A stretch of 50,734 nt of DNA, filler included, from Sphacelaria rigidula (Eukaryota): assembly GCA_964200075.2 (NCBI GenBank). It is 3 parts of 3 records of this genome, joined end to end, with 100 filler letters (N's around TTAATTAATTAA, not from the genome) between each part and the next. Parts side by side here need not be neighbours in the genome. Positions count along the whole stretch, not along the records: positions 16,947 to 33,791 come from CAXNAA020001238.1; positions 33,892 to 50,734 come from CAXNAA020001239.1; 1 more part is not named here. One strand, 5' to 3'. The translations under genes and the position numbers were made by a program. Below the pieces are notes generated by a model. That model was not told the DNA's origin. It did no database searches and was given only the letters and a program-made list of their open reading frames with translations. Shown here one piece after another: positions 24,272 through 37,900 of this stretch (within the stretch, counting starts at the first letter, position 1; each line of letters starts with the position of its first letter).

Positions 24272-26175
24272 TTGAAGGCGGAGCATGTACTGTAAACAGT
24301 TTGGGGTCAGTCCAGGCAGACAGTGCTTCGGTGTTGTATGTGACAGCCATGTATACACGATCACACTCGCGGCAGTGTATTGACACAGCAGCGATTGGTT
24401 ATAGACATACAAGGCGCTTCTAAAGACGTAAAGCTACACACCAACTCGCCGACTACTTTCGTGGCCACAGCTGTGAGCAACTCCTGAGGTCACGGCCGCG
24501 ACCACTACAGTAACCGTTCCCTCTTACAATACGGCACTCACCCTGGACAAAATTTATCTTGGGCAAAGAGTACTGATACTGTCCCGGTACGCATGTTTTG
24601 AGTTTGTAGCGTATTGCTCACAGTTGCGTTACAAACAGGTACCTGACCTAGTGGTACACCCTACTTCGCCGGCTTGAGAGAGCGATCACAGTAGATCCGT
24701 TCCGCTTTCTGCTCTCGGCATGGCTCAGAGTGTCACCGGCAAGGCACCTATCAACTTTCATACACTGGTGAGCACCACGGGGTACACATCGTCCGCTAGC
24801 CCGATGTTGTGCACGGCTGTCCAACTTTTTTCGAAAGTTGGACATTTTGTTCTTTAACTGTCTAGAAGATTTATCCGAGGATGAACAGTGCCGACCATAA
24901 ATTTGCGAAAAAGTCTGCGAAATAATCTACTTTTTGAAAAAGAAACACGGTCTGGAAATGCCCGAAAAACATCTTCGTTTTCAAAGTCTCGTTAGTAACG
25001 ACCCTTATGGACCGCCTTTGAAAAATATCGTCGATCGGCAGTCCAGGGAAAATTGAAAGGGACGGGGAGCGGGGTGGGGCGGGTACGATGTATTACATTC
25101 GTACACAAACACGTTATTTTCCGCACGAACACAAGTGTACTGTGACTCACGAGACTGTGCTTTGAATCATGGACCTGCTTAGTCCACTCCTCGTGTACTT
25201 AACCGTTATCCTCTATGGGGGAGAGGGATAATTGACAGCTGAAGTACATATTTATACTCTTCACGCGACATGTTTTGGTGGGAGGGATATTCCTGAAATC
25301 ATGATATATCGCAGATGAACCTTTCACTTGGTGTTAGTCTCAGGCATAACAGAGACCGACTGTTCGTCCTACCATGTGGGGCTACTGCCGCGCATGTGCT
25401 TCGCGGATACTATGCTCAGACTTGCGAAAACGAACTTTCGAGCTCTGCATCCATGAACAGTCATAGCTAGTCCAGTATTGTGGTCTAACTTTCGGGAGTA
25501 TCATGCGATCGACCGGTCAGAAATAGGTTGGAAAAAATGAGTGTTATCTGTTCAACCGTGCACCCGTGGCTTGCTAGTGAAAAGTCTTGTATGTGTGTGC
25601 AGTGCGATTCACCAGCCGGGCTCTGTTCTTGAAGTTCCCGGTGTTCCATTATTCCGGTTCCCGTGATAACACGCACGACGATTGTCTCCGACCACTGGTT
25701 TGCTACCTCTGTGATCCTCAACACGAGACTCGCTCTTGGACTTTTCAACGCATGTGTTCCCCCAAACTACTACAGCATATACACAAACCCAGACTCTACA
25801 CCTAGGGCACCGACACAGCTTCCGCAGTACTCGAGGTAGTAATCCGTGCTAAGTTCATTTCAATATTGCACACGCCGGACAGCCCATGAGGTACCTGAAT
25901 ATCGCCCTTTATTTGTGTACTGATGGGGATCATGAGCTAGCTCACTTGGCCTTTTCCCCCCCATATTTGCTCGCTACAGCGCTCGACGCCGGGCACGCGA
26001 AGTAGCGCGAATGTAGTGCTTTAGCTTCTCACACCCTGCTGTCCCATATTTTGTGTTCTCGGATACGAGATCTGGGAGTGTTCTTCGATTAGTTATTTGA
26101 TGTAGCTCATGAGCTGTCCGATGTGTGCAGTATTCGGAGCGCGTACAGCGTTCTTTCGCATTTGCAAGTATACTG

Positions 26176-26825
26176 GTACCCGCGGCGCCCCGGTGGTCAG
26201 CGGGTACGTACAAAACCGGAACCAGTCTAGCGTGGAAGGATGTAGGTTCGATCCCGGGCAGATGCGTTTGGATTTTTTCCTGAGGAGTTGTCTGATTTCT
26301 GTTGTTGAAACACGTGAGGGGGTACGTGGTGAAGAGGTTTGTTTTGGCGAGATTCGATGCGGTGCAGGAGCACTGATGCAATCCGCAACAGTACGAAAAT
26401 GCAAGGGCGGGTACCGGGTAGGGAAGAGGAAGGGGTTGATCCCTTGAGACCACGGACTAGTCCCTAAGAAGGAGGGGGCTTCAGAGTGTGACGGGAAAAC
26501 AAGGAGAGGGTAAAGTGAATTTCGAAACCTTACGTGATTTCACACCTAGGTGTTCGGGTCCTCCCGATGACGTCAATGTACGAAGGAGAATCGTTGATAC
26601 AGTGCAGTATACGCAACATGTCACTTGGGCCACGACTGTCGGGTGCGCGGGGAAAATACTGTGGTTTCTGACTCCTACCCTGTGTGGCTTCACGGGAAGC
26701 GATTTGTCTCGTGGATTGGAATCGGAATGGTCTTACCAGAAGGCAAGCAAGGAGTATGACAAGAACTCGGGCAGGTATGGGTGATAATAGTTCAAGACCA
26801 TCAAGCCTTGGGCTTGTAATAATCA
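26176..26825 (+). mobile_element. Probable second family of tRNA-headed SINE
   Basis: A-box-like tggtcagcggg (~26194) and B-box ggttcgatccc (26245-26255), followed by ggattttttc as in family 1. No cloverleaf. The 3' boundary is a guess. Confidence 0.5.
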
Positions 26826-26899
26826 CAGTGCATGCCGTCTTCTAATTCAATCAGTCCCCTTCTCCCCCTTACCCCCCTCTTAACACATCAATGACACAG

Positions 26900-27314
26900 A
26901 CGGGCCGAGGTCTACAGGGTAGGAGGGGGGAACAACAAAGCTCGAGACATGCCCGTGGAAGACAGGGAAAAATCGTTGGCGAAGCTCACGATCCAGAGCG
27001 TCGGCATAATCTCGATTGCTTTGGCCGTCGGCACGGCGGTACTGTACTCGCTCGCAGGAGACTTTTTCGTACACCTCGGACCTCGAGATTATCCCGGTTC
27101 TCAGAACGGTCGATCCTCGTCATGGGGCACAACTGGCGCGGTCGAGCGAACAGTCGGGTCAGACTCTGTAATCATGGACGGTGGGGTAACGGGAGGGGTG
27201 GAGGAGGGTGGGGTAGATAACGCTGCCAGGCGATTGGTGGAGAGGAGGGGGAACAGGGAGGCGTTCCACTTCGAGGGGTTCCCTGAAGTCGGAAGCGTAC
27301 GTCCTGATTTCTGA
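26900..27314 (+). CDS. Terminal exon of a single-pass membrane protein, unknown function
   Basis: Pyrimidine tract plus cag acceptor at 26899; open frame with hydrophobic VGIISIALAVGTAVLYSLAG ending in TGA; T-rich UTR-like sequence follows. Confidence 0.7.
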
Positions 27315-28660
27315 TGAATTTGATATTTGTATGTTTTGTGTTTGTGTTTTCCCCCCGTTAATTTTAATGGTTTGTATATCTGATTTCTGTTTTTTTTCAC
27401 GACTTCATGCCGGTATCCGATTTTGTCATCATGGTATCGCATGTATGTATGCACGCATGTACATGCATGTATAAATGTATGTAATGACTGCTGAATGTCG
27501 ATATTCATCTTTCTGTCGGAGTCGGAGCGTGTGCGTGTGTGTGTGTGAGTAGAGCCATCCGGTGACTCAGTGTTTTGTTTGGCTGACAGTTTCGTAGGGC
27601 TCGAAATTACGCTGTCTTCTGACTGAGAGAGGACGTGGTGGGTTATTAGAGAGCACCTCGTCAGGCTTTTGTCGCTAAGAGTGAACAAAAAGAGCAGGTG
27701 TGGCGCCATGTCGCTGTATGTATGGCGAAAAAATGGTCCTTTCAGAGCCAACAGAGGGGTGCCCACAGGCTGTCATCCATTTTCGAAGTAAATTTGATCA
27801 CGACTCGACTAATGTTCACCCGTTTGCGATCAAAGGGTCATGTGGCGTGATATACACGTCAGGATGCTCGACATGACCGCGGTAGAGTAGACGGAATATC
27901 ACCATGTTTTTTGCCGAAGGATCATGGGGTGGTAGTGGCGGGTCGGTTATCAACGAACACGCCACCTCAGGTTGTTGTCGGTGTGGAAAATGTCTTGAGA
28001 CGGTGATAAAAAACACTTACTCTTGACTCATGCTACTGTCCGAGTTTTACACTTTTGCCTAGATCTTTCTCATTCACGAAATCCTGAAGTGAGTAGCTAC
28101 ACGAGAATGTGGGTCAGGACATGACCGTTTTCAAATTAATTCGGGATGTCCCCAGCCCATCGCGATGCTCATCGTGGCGTGCTCCCCCATGTTGCATAGA
28201 CCGTTTTCTGGATGAGAGAAAGAGCTCCTAGTAATTTGAACCCCAGAAAATATTTGTGCACCCCTACCGTGGCACCATTCTCAAGATTTGACTTAATCGA
28301 AAAAAAAACGTTGTACAGTACAGCCCATTACAAATTCCAAGTAAAAAAATTATTGTTGTCTCAGACTAAATCAGATTCGGCATTAGATTTCTGTGAGAGC
28401 AAACACTCTCATTTTTTTCGGAATACTTTAAAAAAAACGAGCAGAACTTTTTTGAAAAACGAGCAGATTTTTTTGAAAAACTGCTCGAACCATGACGCTA
28501 TTATATGGAGTACAGGGTAATACAGTCAAAATAAGATAATTTTGCAGTGGTGTATGGAGTACCGACTACTAAAGTCAACACAAAACAACACAGCAGCTCT
28601 GCAGCATCACGAGAAATCACGTGCGGTTCTAATCGCGTTCCGCACAAGAAGCAAGAGAAT

Positions 28661-28909
28661 CAGCAGCATCTTTACTGCCAGTAGATGTACGCGGCTGGGG
28701 GTGGGTCTAAATCAGCCGGTGCCGATTCGTGTGTGTGTCAGCGTTCTCCAGCACGGTGGCTATCACTCACAAGGTGCGTGGGTGCTGTCGCACGGTCGAA
28801 ACGCGGACAGTCTAAGATCAAGAGCAGCAGCAGCAGCAGCAGCATCGCCGCCGGTTGATTCAGACCCACCCCCAGCCACGTACATTTACTGGCAACAAAT
28901 ATGCTGCTG
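28661..28909. repeat. Inverted repeat pair with ~60-bp arms
   Basis: cagcagcat...gtagatgtacgcggctgggggtgggtctaaatcagccgg pairs with ccggttgattcagacccacccccagccacgtacatttac...atgctgctg. Confidence 0.85.
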
Positions 28910-30098
28910 CGGCTGCGGCTGCGGCGGCTGCTGCTGCTTCTCGTGCGGACGGTCCACGGCACTTGGCAGCCCCCCACATACAGACAAGATCTAGAGGACC
29001 TTCTGCACTGGAGCCCTGACATGAAGCAGCCGCCAGCTTTGTCTTTCTTCTGTCAACTCTCCCTCTGTAGTTTGACACTTCAAAGGATACTCGCCATGCG
29101 CATTCACTGCAGTTATGTCGGTGTGTAGCGGCCACAACAGCTGCTGTTCGTGCTCTTGTCTTGTTATCTTCGCAATGACGGTAAACGTGGGGTGGCAGCT
29201 CGGGGGCATGTGCTTCCCGACTGGTACAGACAAAGGCAGGGCACTTGCTAGTGCAACAAGATTGTCCATCTACTGATGTGGAGCGAGCTTTCCCGAGGAA
29301 CAAAATCACCTCAACACCGACCACTTCCAGACTTGACTAAATTCACTAGAAATATACGTCATTTCCTATGACCCAAATCGTCATTTGTAGGTGACGGTTG
29401 TATTTTTCGTTGATACTGTATGACTCGTTGGATTACCGGCCACTTCTAACGCATGTAGCGTTCAGCTTGCACTTTCCATGAATATAGTACCGAAGATCTG
29501 CAGTGCCTACCCATAACTGTACTGTCTAATTTTCGGCCAAGAACGAAACTGTTGTAATAACACGGGATCTTACAAATTGGGGATGGATCTTTTATTGGGA
29601 ATAAGAAACCCGGAGAGAATTAAAATCTTCGTATCCACACCAAATCTTCGAAATATGGTTCCACTTTTTCACCTACTGACAGCTATCGACAACTGCTATA
29701 CGCCATAGAGATTCGGATTCCGACCACCGAAATGTTGGGGTCCTAGGTAAAAAAAAATCGGAACCATTGTGGTGTCCGTTCGGACACCCGGAATTCCCCA
29801 AAGTTGGTGTTTCACCTATGACCCCAATGTTTCGGTCATTACAGCCTGGAATCATTATCGGGGTTCCAATTTTTTATGAAGTTTAACGGACCATCGAAAT
29901 TTCATTTACTTTGTTCAAAAGGCTCTGGAGTCGCAAGCGGTTTCGACCAGTTGCCCCTAACCCAGAAGTTTCAGCACTGGAGCGAAAGCATGATGGTGTC
30001 CAACCGAAAAGCCGCCCTCATTCATTGTGCCGCATCTATCGAGCAACCCTTGCGTCTAAGCGCTGCGGACAACGTAACAAAGCATGCTGAAAACATAC

Positions 30099-30252
30099 TT
30101 CTTTGGACTAGTCATCGAGTTTTCCAGCGCCTCTTGTTGTGTATCTGAGAGAGACTTCATACTGTCGCGCCGGTGACGGTCGCCGTCAGCAAAACGATCC
30201 AATGCGGCGGCAGACGCCAACGATCTTTGAAACTCAGCATCATTCCGCAGTC
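30099..30252 (-). CDS. Possible internal exon, unknown protein
   Basis: gcag acceptor, gtatgt donor, helical peptide LRNDAEFQRSLASAAALDRFADGDRHRRDSMKSLSDTQQEALENSMTSPK. Confidence 0.4.
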
Positions 30253-32536
30253 TGCTCAGATATACTATCAACAGAGCACAGCATAACCACAGTACAGTGG
30301 TCAGTTGGACAAAATGGGTACCCTACAATAGAGCTGCAGACACACACAACGGGGTGTTATGGATCGCGGCATACATGGAGGAAGGGCAGTACAATGATGG
30401 GCCCATCTAATCTGATGGAAAAGTCCCGGAGGGCTGACTGCGGGAACTGGCAATGTGCCGCAGTCAGGGGGGAGGATGTTTGAGCCCGTACGCAGACGGT
30501 TACATAAACATGCCTCTTTACATCCGGCTTGAACTCGGTTCTTTCAGAATCGGTGAAAGCCGGCCCCCTGGTTTTACTCCTATGGAAGGGAACGAAGTGG
30601 CCTGAGACATGAGATTCAAAACCACCAGTGCAAAAGAGAAATACCATCGTCTGAAGCTGAGATCAAGATACCCTGACATTCAGGATGAGCTGTTCCTCGT
30701 TAAACTGATCATCCCTTGTGCTGGAAAACTGTTTTGCCCTGCGATAAATGGTGAGCGAGTACGTACAAATCATTGCATACTGTATTGCACATGGATGAAT
30801 ATCCCGCATGTTTGGTTGAAGTAGGAAATTTCACTTCATGCCCCGTCTTGAGAAGATCCGCCATCACAGTGCTTGAGCAGCGATCATGGTAACCACAACA
30901 ATTGAGACAGTAGTAAAAACGAACAAGTGATACGGACAAGCCCGAGAGGTACCACACTATTTTTTCCGTATCATGGCGCTTTTACAACCGGGACTATTGT
31001 ATCGACTGTTGTCATCTGCGACGTATTGATTGCCCCTCTTGCGACTTCCCAAAATGCGTTTTTTCAAGGAAGCATCAGCCGCGATGATGTTTCGGTCCCC
31101 ATATATGAAAAATCTTTGTTCACCTCAAACGATAACCCCGCATGTGATGATAAATTTTGCTGGCTGAGAGTGTGAAATAGAACGAACTGGTTCTCGGTCA
31201 ATTCCGTATGTCCTTGAAGTCGCTGCATGCTGTGTTTATCCTACGCCACTGAAGATGCGTGTCCACGGCGGTGGCGCAGCGGTTATTGCTAAAACACCTG
31301 AAATTGATGTTAGAGCTGCAGCCATAATCGCCCTGCCTTGTATGTGTATTTTACAGTATAACGGGTATTTGAAGTACAAATGCCCGCCGTCAGTAGCCAC
31401 GACCCAGGGTGGATATAACACCATAGGCTGCAACATGTTGACATCGTCTCCGCACCGCGCTATGAAACGGCTCTAGGCTTACTGCCGACAACGCGCAGGT
31501 ATGGTTGTACACCGTCATTTTAGAGTGAGATAAGACGCCTGGATGCTAGCTTTGCATACCACGCAGCGAGTACCGGGGGTACGTACCCCTCCCGCGCGAG
31601 TCAGCCGATAACGGACACCGCATGTTATGCGCAGCCAATATATATACTGTATACATTTCAGGTACAACTCGGATATTTGACGCGGATATTTGAATCCTAT
31701 TTCGCCGCCTCTCTGGATACACCGTTTGGGCAAGTTTGAATTCATGCGTTTTTTTAGAATTGGATGATGGTGAACCAAGTTCCAACCTTACTTATTGTCA
31801 TGACAATCTATAACCTGTGGAAGGAAAGGAAATGATGGATCATGCTGATAACATCGCGCTCCTTGCTTGGATTGATTTCACGGCTTACTGGATACCGTGT
31901 GGATAAGACTTGCTGCATGCTGCATCTGGGTAAGAGCCAATAATGTGATGAACCGTAAATGCTGTCAAACGCTGAACTGTTTGTTCATGTAGCCCGATAT
32001 ATATATATATATATATACAAGGGGTTCGCCGGCTTCCGCCGCCACGCTCAATGAGATCGATAACCAAGGTACATGAGGATCGGTCATCGTTGCTCGCATT
32101 AGGTGATGGAACAGATCATAGCTTCAAGTGCAGTATATTGCGCTGTGTGCATATTATGGAGACCCGTGTCCCGGGGGCAGGGTATGAAGAAGAGGCTTAA
32201 TGATGTTTTTTTGACGATTGTACCGATACGGTAGAGCGGGCAAAAAACTACCTCCACCGTCGAAGAAAAGATACGAAGACACTCATTTACGTTTTCCACC
32301 CACAGCAACGAATAGGAACCCGATACCCGGGGACACAAAGACTTGCGACGGACACACACGATTGTTCGCAACCATGAGTCCAGTACTATAGCACCGCAGA
32401 AACGCCCATCGTACGGAACAGGGTCCAGAAACAGCAACTGAAAAGGCATAAAATATTCATTCCCCCTCCTTCGTGGGCAACAACGAAGCAGCAAAACCCG
32501 CAATGTAATGGATATATAAGAGAAACGGAAGAAGTA

Positions 32537-32724
32537 AGACAACAATCGACCAACAGTAGCGACCGATATCCCCCAAAACACGGTAAACGACGACCACGGA
32601 TTCAACATGTCAGACTATCCCGTCCTGCGAAAGTCGTCCATAATAAACAGCAAAGAACAGTCGACCAACAGTAGCGACCGATATCTCCCGAAACACGGAC
32701 AACCCCGGATTCAACATCACAGAC
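32537..32724. repeat. Two imperfect direct repeats
   Basis: tcgaccaacagtagcgaccgatatc...aaacacgg...cggattcaacat occurs twice, about 114 bp apart. Confidence 0.8.
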
Positions 32725-33241
32725 ATGACCCATTGTACGAAACAGACTCCAGAAGTAGCAGGGCAGTTGAGCACACGACAACCGCAACGTGACGTTTCTC
32801 CGGCTTCGCCGCCACGATCAGTGGATCGACAGCCGAGGTACATGAGCACCGGTGATAGCTGTGTGCGTTGTGTAAGTTCATGGACTGAGCACGGTAGCAA
32901 ATCTGGATCGTAGACACTTTCATTGAGTGAAATTGATGCCACTTCAACAGATTGCCTAATTTTCGCTGTCAAATGGTTGATGGAAAGCGGCGGGAAAAAA
33001 TTGTCGTGTCTTCTGAATGTTTCATGAGCATGATGCCGGTTCGATTTAAAAAAAAACTTCTTGTTTATTCGTTTTCAGCCCGAAGAGCAACATGAATGAT
33101 GAGCATGTACGAAGGCTCAAAACAATGCATCACAATCAAAAGTGAACCTGAGGAACTAACCGCCCCCGCAAACCAAAAACCCATATAGTGGCAACGAATT
33201 TGACCATTTGACCGCCATGATAGGTCATTATCTGTTGGTAA

Positions 33242-33341
33242 TCCTTAGAGCGCGAGGTTATAGTCTTCTGTTGAATGGTCATCAATTTCGAGTGAAAAAA
33301 AGTGTGCATGATCCAGAAAGACTAATCTCGCGGTCTAAGGG
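33242..33341. mobile_element. piggyBac-like MITE (100 bp)
   Basis: gtaa|tccttagagcgcgag...tagtctt pairs with aagacta...ctcgcggtctaaggg|ttaa. Confidence 0.6.
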
Positions 33342-33419
33342 TTAAATCGGCATCAGTTACTTGGACTTCACAAACTACAGCGTGGTCGAGATGACCTACC
33401 CTACCGGTCAAAGGATTAA

Positions 33420-33581
33420 CCCTTTTGTGACGGGATCTCCAGAAGCATGTGATATGCACGCAGGGGCCTTTGTGTATGAATCGGCATAATTTTCAATCGT
33501 TTCCAACTAAAAATATTGCCGATTCATGGAAACGTCCCTGCGTGCGAACCGCATGTGTCTAGGATTCCGGTCCCAAAAGGG
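33420..33581. mobile_element. piggyBac-like foldback MITE (162 bp)
   Basis: ttaa|cccttttgtgacggga ... tccggtcccaaaaggg|ttca, with inner pairing gcacgcaggg/ccctgcgtgc and atgaatcggca/tgccgattcat. Confidence 0.75.
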
Positions 33582-33643
33582 TTCAAACAGTACAAATGAA
33601 GTGAAGTCGAGACCATGATGCGATATCCATGCTGATACAGTAG

Positions 33644-33780
33644 TTGTGTGCCTTACGTGTAACACAGAAGGGAGGTCAACACAGGAAATTCTGTGGTGGT
33701 CGCCTTACTTTTTCATCGCGAGAGGGGTTCAGCGGTCCCCTTCGCTCGTCGACCATTAAACCGAATTATGTCTGCTCACG
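33644..33780 (-). mobile_element. SINE family 1 fragment
   Basis: aggtcaacac...tttcatcgc...ggttcagcggtcccttcgctcgtcgacc is the reverse complement of the SINE body. Confidence 0.7.
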
Positions 33781-33791
33781 ACAAACTGAAA

Positions 33792-33891
33792 NNNNNNNNN
33801 NNNNNNNNNNNNNNNNNNNNNNNNNNNNNNNNNNNTTAATTAATTAANNNNNNNNNNNNNNNNNNNNNNNNNNNNNNNNNNNNNNNNNNNN
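33792..33891. other. Assembly or concatenation linker
   Basis: N-run + ttaattaattaa + N-run. Confidence 0.97.
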
Positions 33892-33954
33892 GAAGCGGCC
33901 CCTGCCAGAGCGCCGCCCCAACCCCCCCCCCCCCCCCCCTCCCCCGCCGCCCCC

Positions 33955-34946
33955 CAATATGCAGGAGCAGTATGGGAGGGGAACGCGAAGTTGAAAAGCT
34001 GGAAACAGTACAGATAACAGCAGCTCAGAAAATACTTGGATGCTCAAAAACGACGAGTAATACAGCATTGAGAGCAGAGTTGGGATTGTACCCTTACTTG
34101 GAACAAATAGACATGAGACAACTGAAATAGCAGTATAGCGTGATGAACATGCAAAGGAAGAGATTGGCAGGGATAGTTGAGAGGGACGTATGGAAGAATG
34201 TGACGAAAGGGCTGCTTGGAATAAGGTAGGATAGAGTAGTCGAGACAGTATGAAAGCAAACACTGTAGGAGGAGAAAACAAAGACGAGATAATGTCCATG
34301 ATAGGTGAATGTGGCGGGTGCAATACAAAAGTAAGAGACATGCTGGGAATGAGGGGGAAACAAGCGCGAAGGCGGAATGCAAACGAGCAAGAGTACCTCA
34401 AGATATGCGGGATGTTGAGAGAGGGGATAGGAATGAAAGCATATCTGCGCGGCCCAATGGACTCCGCGAATAAATCGAAACTGTGATTTAGGGTGGGAGA
34501 CTTGGATCTGCTAGAGAGAAGGAAGAGGTGTACAAGTAGTGGAGTCGAGGAGGAAGTAGATGCACAGAATCGTCTCAGTGGCAGAATGTGAAATATACAA
34601 GGAGGAACGGGACGTGTCGGAGGGGGGAATGTGGGAAGTAAACAAAGGTGGTTTGAAATCGTTTGATACATCAGACAGTAGAGAGAAAACGATCGCTAAA
34701 CTAGGAAACAGATGCTGGCCCCAGACGGCGAATGAGAAACGGAACAAGACATGTGAAAATGTTGTGTGTAGTGTATGGAAGAAACGTAGTGAGTGCCCAA
34801 GTGTTGGAGGTGCCTTTACTAGGAGTAGGAACGGTGCCCCGTCTCGTAAGGGATGCGTGGTCAATGACCCGACGACCAAGTCAAGCAACAAATGCGCACG
34901 CCCCAGCACCCCTCTACGCCGCGCGCGCCAAATCAACCAATCAATT
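33955..34946 (+). mobile_element. 3' end of a degenerate non-LTR retrotransposon (LINE)
   Basis: Broken purine-rich frame EQEYLKICGMLREGIGMKAYLRGPMD...L*FRVGDLDLLERRKR...VAECEIYKEERDV...VWKKR, typical of post-RT ORF2 C-termini. Ends in an (AATC)-like tail. Confidence 0.75.
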
Positions 34947-34987
34947 CAAAGGAGGCAACGTTGACCCTGCCGCGGTAAAAATATTGC

Positions 34988-37900
34988 CTGTGTACAGCTG
35001 TCGAAGTAGTCGAGACGGCACTTGTATCCGGGTCCCCTAGTGATCCCTCGCGGCATGTAGTACTGGTCGTGAGGTCGCGGGCCGGGCAACTTCCTCCAGC
35101 CGTGTTCCTTCACCAGGCTCGGCCAAATCACCTGCACCGGTGCACGCCGGCCACATTGTCGGCGGCAGGTACACGCGAGAAAGCGCCCTTGGTTTGTTCA
35201 AAACAAACAACCGACACTCCCCGGTCTGAACTCTCATGGCGATGCTCTTTTATTTTCAACCCATTTGACGGCGAGAGTAAGTCATCTGTGGAATCGGAAT
35301 CAATTTCACTTCGAAAAAGCACGCAGGATCCGGATGGACTACCCTCGCGGCCGAGGGATAAGGTGCGAGGGTACGCAGGCATGCGCGGAAATGATCGAAT
35401 GCGAAAACACACTAAATCCACTCACGGTGCACAGAGCACAAAGGAAATGCTACCGGATGCGTTCCACGGGGGTCAGGGGAACAAAAAAAAGTAAATGCGA
35501 ACGAAGTGAGGGATACATCACCTTCAAGTATTGGTCATATATGCATCCAACATACATCAGAATTGTGGTGTTGTCCGATACTCCGTGGGAAAGTTTCATG
35601 TTGCAAAAATTGGACCTGTGGCCCCACACAGCAAACACAAATTCTCATCTGCCTACCTGTCTGTCTGTCTCGCATTTTTTACGAAAAATATGCCCTCCAC
35701 CCGGGGATATTGACAGGAAAAGCGCCATACAATAGCATAGGCAAGTACTGATCATACCAAAAATCCGCAAAGACTCAACACAAACGCAAAAAATTCACAA
35801 AGATGATCACTGACATCAACGAAACCCCCCCCCCCACCGAACACTCACATCATCAATAACTTTCTTGTACTCCTTCATAGTCGCGTCCGGATCTATGCCC
35901 ATGCTACCAATCGGCCGTTCGGGACCGGGAGTAGGCGTCACAGCTACCTCCACTTCCTCGGCCATCCCCTCTTTCTTCCCCCCGGACTCTCCGGCACTTC
36001 CGCTACCGCTGCCCACCCCTCCCGCCGCCGCGGCCGTTCCTCCACTCCTACTCGCAGTCGTTGACAAGGACGAGCTTCTGCCGGCGGCATCCGTCGCACT
36101 CCCGCCAGCCACGGCCGTTTTTACAACCGAGGCGTTGGACGACGATGGTGTCAGCGCCGGAGCGGCGTCCCTACTGCTCCCGCCCACATCCGCGCCCGCC
36201 TTACTATTTCCAGCATTTGCATTGGTGGAGTTGCTATCGATGAAGATTGCCCGGCCGGATATGCCCGCTGCGGCTTCGGCGGCAGGATGGTTAGGAGACG
36301 TTCCCATACGAGCTACAGAGCGCTCCGCCGTACCCCTAGCCCGTCCAGCGGCTGCTGCTGCTGCTACACCAGTACGCTGGCGATCCCTGCTGGTGGTAAC
36401 GGTGGCGCTGTTGCCACTGACTGCAGGACTATTTTTGCCGCTGTCAGTTGCAGGCCCTTTGACGGGGGTGTGCAACGGTTGCTGTTGTTGTGGTCGTTGT
36501 TGCTGCTGCTTGGAGATGGCCGCTGCAGCCGGTGTACTAGCAGCGCAGGCCGGCTTCTCCTGACTTTGGGAGGAGGTCTGGTGGCCCGCAGAGTCCCCGG
36601 AGGCGAAGTCCATCGGCCACTGCTGCTGCGGGGGTGAAACAGTTCGATGGCTTGGGAAGACGGCGGAATTAGAACCACCACCGAGGGAAGCTGCGGGTGG
36701 CACATTCGCCTCTGCAGAGCGATGCGCAGCATCCGTCAAGTGCTGAGCGGTAGATCGAGCGTTAACCTCGACAGCCCCGGTGGCGACGCTAGAGGTAGGA
36801 GTGCGGCTGTACCCGCTGCCGTGTTGTTTCTTCCCTACATGTCCGATTTTCTCAGGTTTACCGTTCCTCGTCATTCGCTGTGGGCCCGGAGGTTCCTCCT
36901 CCAGCTTCGTCGGTCTTCGAATCACGCGTCCACGCCTCGTCGATTGCTTCTGCTCAACGCCAGATCCGTTTCCTGCCACGCTTCCGCTGGTTGCTGAACC
37001 GCCGCCTCTTGTCTGACTTCTCCCAGCTGAATTCTTACCACCAGCGGTCTTCTTCACCACTCTCGGGGGGGCGTTATTGGAGGCGCTAGGAGGGGCGGTA
37101 CTGTCACGACTTGGGGGACTGGTGGTGTCGGTAGTATTTGGGGGGATGATTCTCGCAGTATCATCGGTCGGACTAACCACTACCGGCAGAAGCGTTGCCA
37201 TTTTTGTGGCCGAGTTTTGTTCTCCGTCGGAGGAAGAGTTGGACGTGTCCTCTGCCGTGGCGGAGCCTTCGGTGGCTTCCACGCCGCTCGGGGTAGAGCT
37301 CGCCGTCGAGGCACACGACGAGTCCTGCTTGAAACATACGAATTGCACGTCGAGGATAGCAGAACGCTGATTGAGTTAGTTGAGTGAACTCCTTGCCGAT
37401 AATCGGAATTGGTATACAAAAACACCAGTACACTTGAAAGGGGCGTGCTCGCCGGGGGAGCGGGGGGGGGGGCAGAGCCAGAATAGGAAGAAAACGGGGT
37501 CGACCATTGTCGTGAGTTTTTTTTCGTGTCGTTTTCTGTAACGTAATGGATCTTCTTCAGGAGACGAATATTTGCGACTTTCTTATATAAAATGGCCGTA
37601 GCAGACATTGCATCCACGGATTCTGCAGTGCAATCAATGGCTGTACCGAAAAAGTCCGCTCACAGACAGGATACGGCCGCCAACTTATTCCGGCAAGATG
37701 AACAAGCTGGACGCGAGCAATTTAAATCGACCATGTACAGCAGCGGAACTGTATGCTATTAGCACAAATTTACAACGCTTCGCTGGAAGTCATCGTCACG
37801 CACCAATAGTGCATGGAAGCGCTTACGCAACTACGGTTGTACCCATATGGTATTCATCTAATTGCGCCGCTATTGTAGCATAGCAAAATGTACACCCGTA

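Noticed and set aside
25560..25910. Possible dispersed repeat or retroelement fragment
   Set aside because: No second copy, terminal structure or coding motif is visible within the window.
33844..34671. 275-aa hydrophobic minus-strand ORF
   Set aside because: Antisense of the purine-rich LINE relic; it runs into the N linker.
35865..36563. 232-aa plus-strand ORF (also 38894-39643)
   Set aside because: Antisense shadows of GC-rich minus-strand exons.
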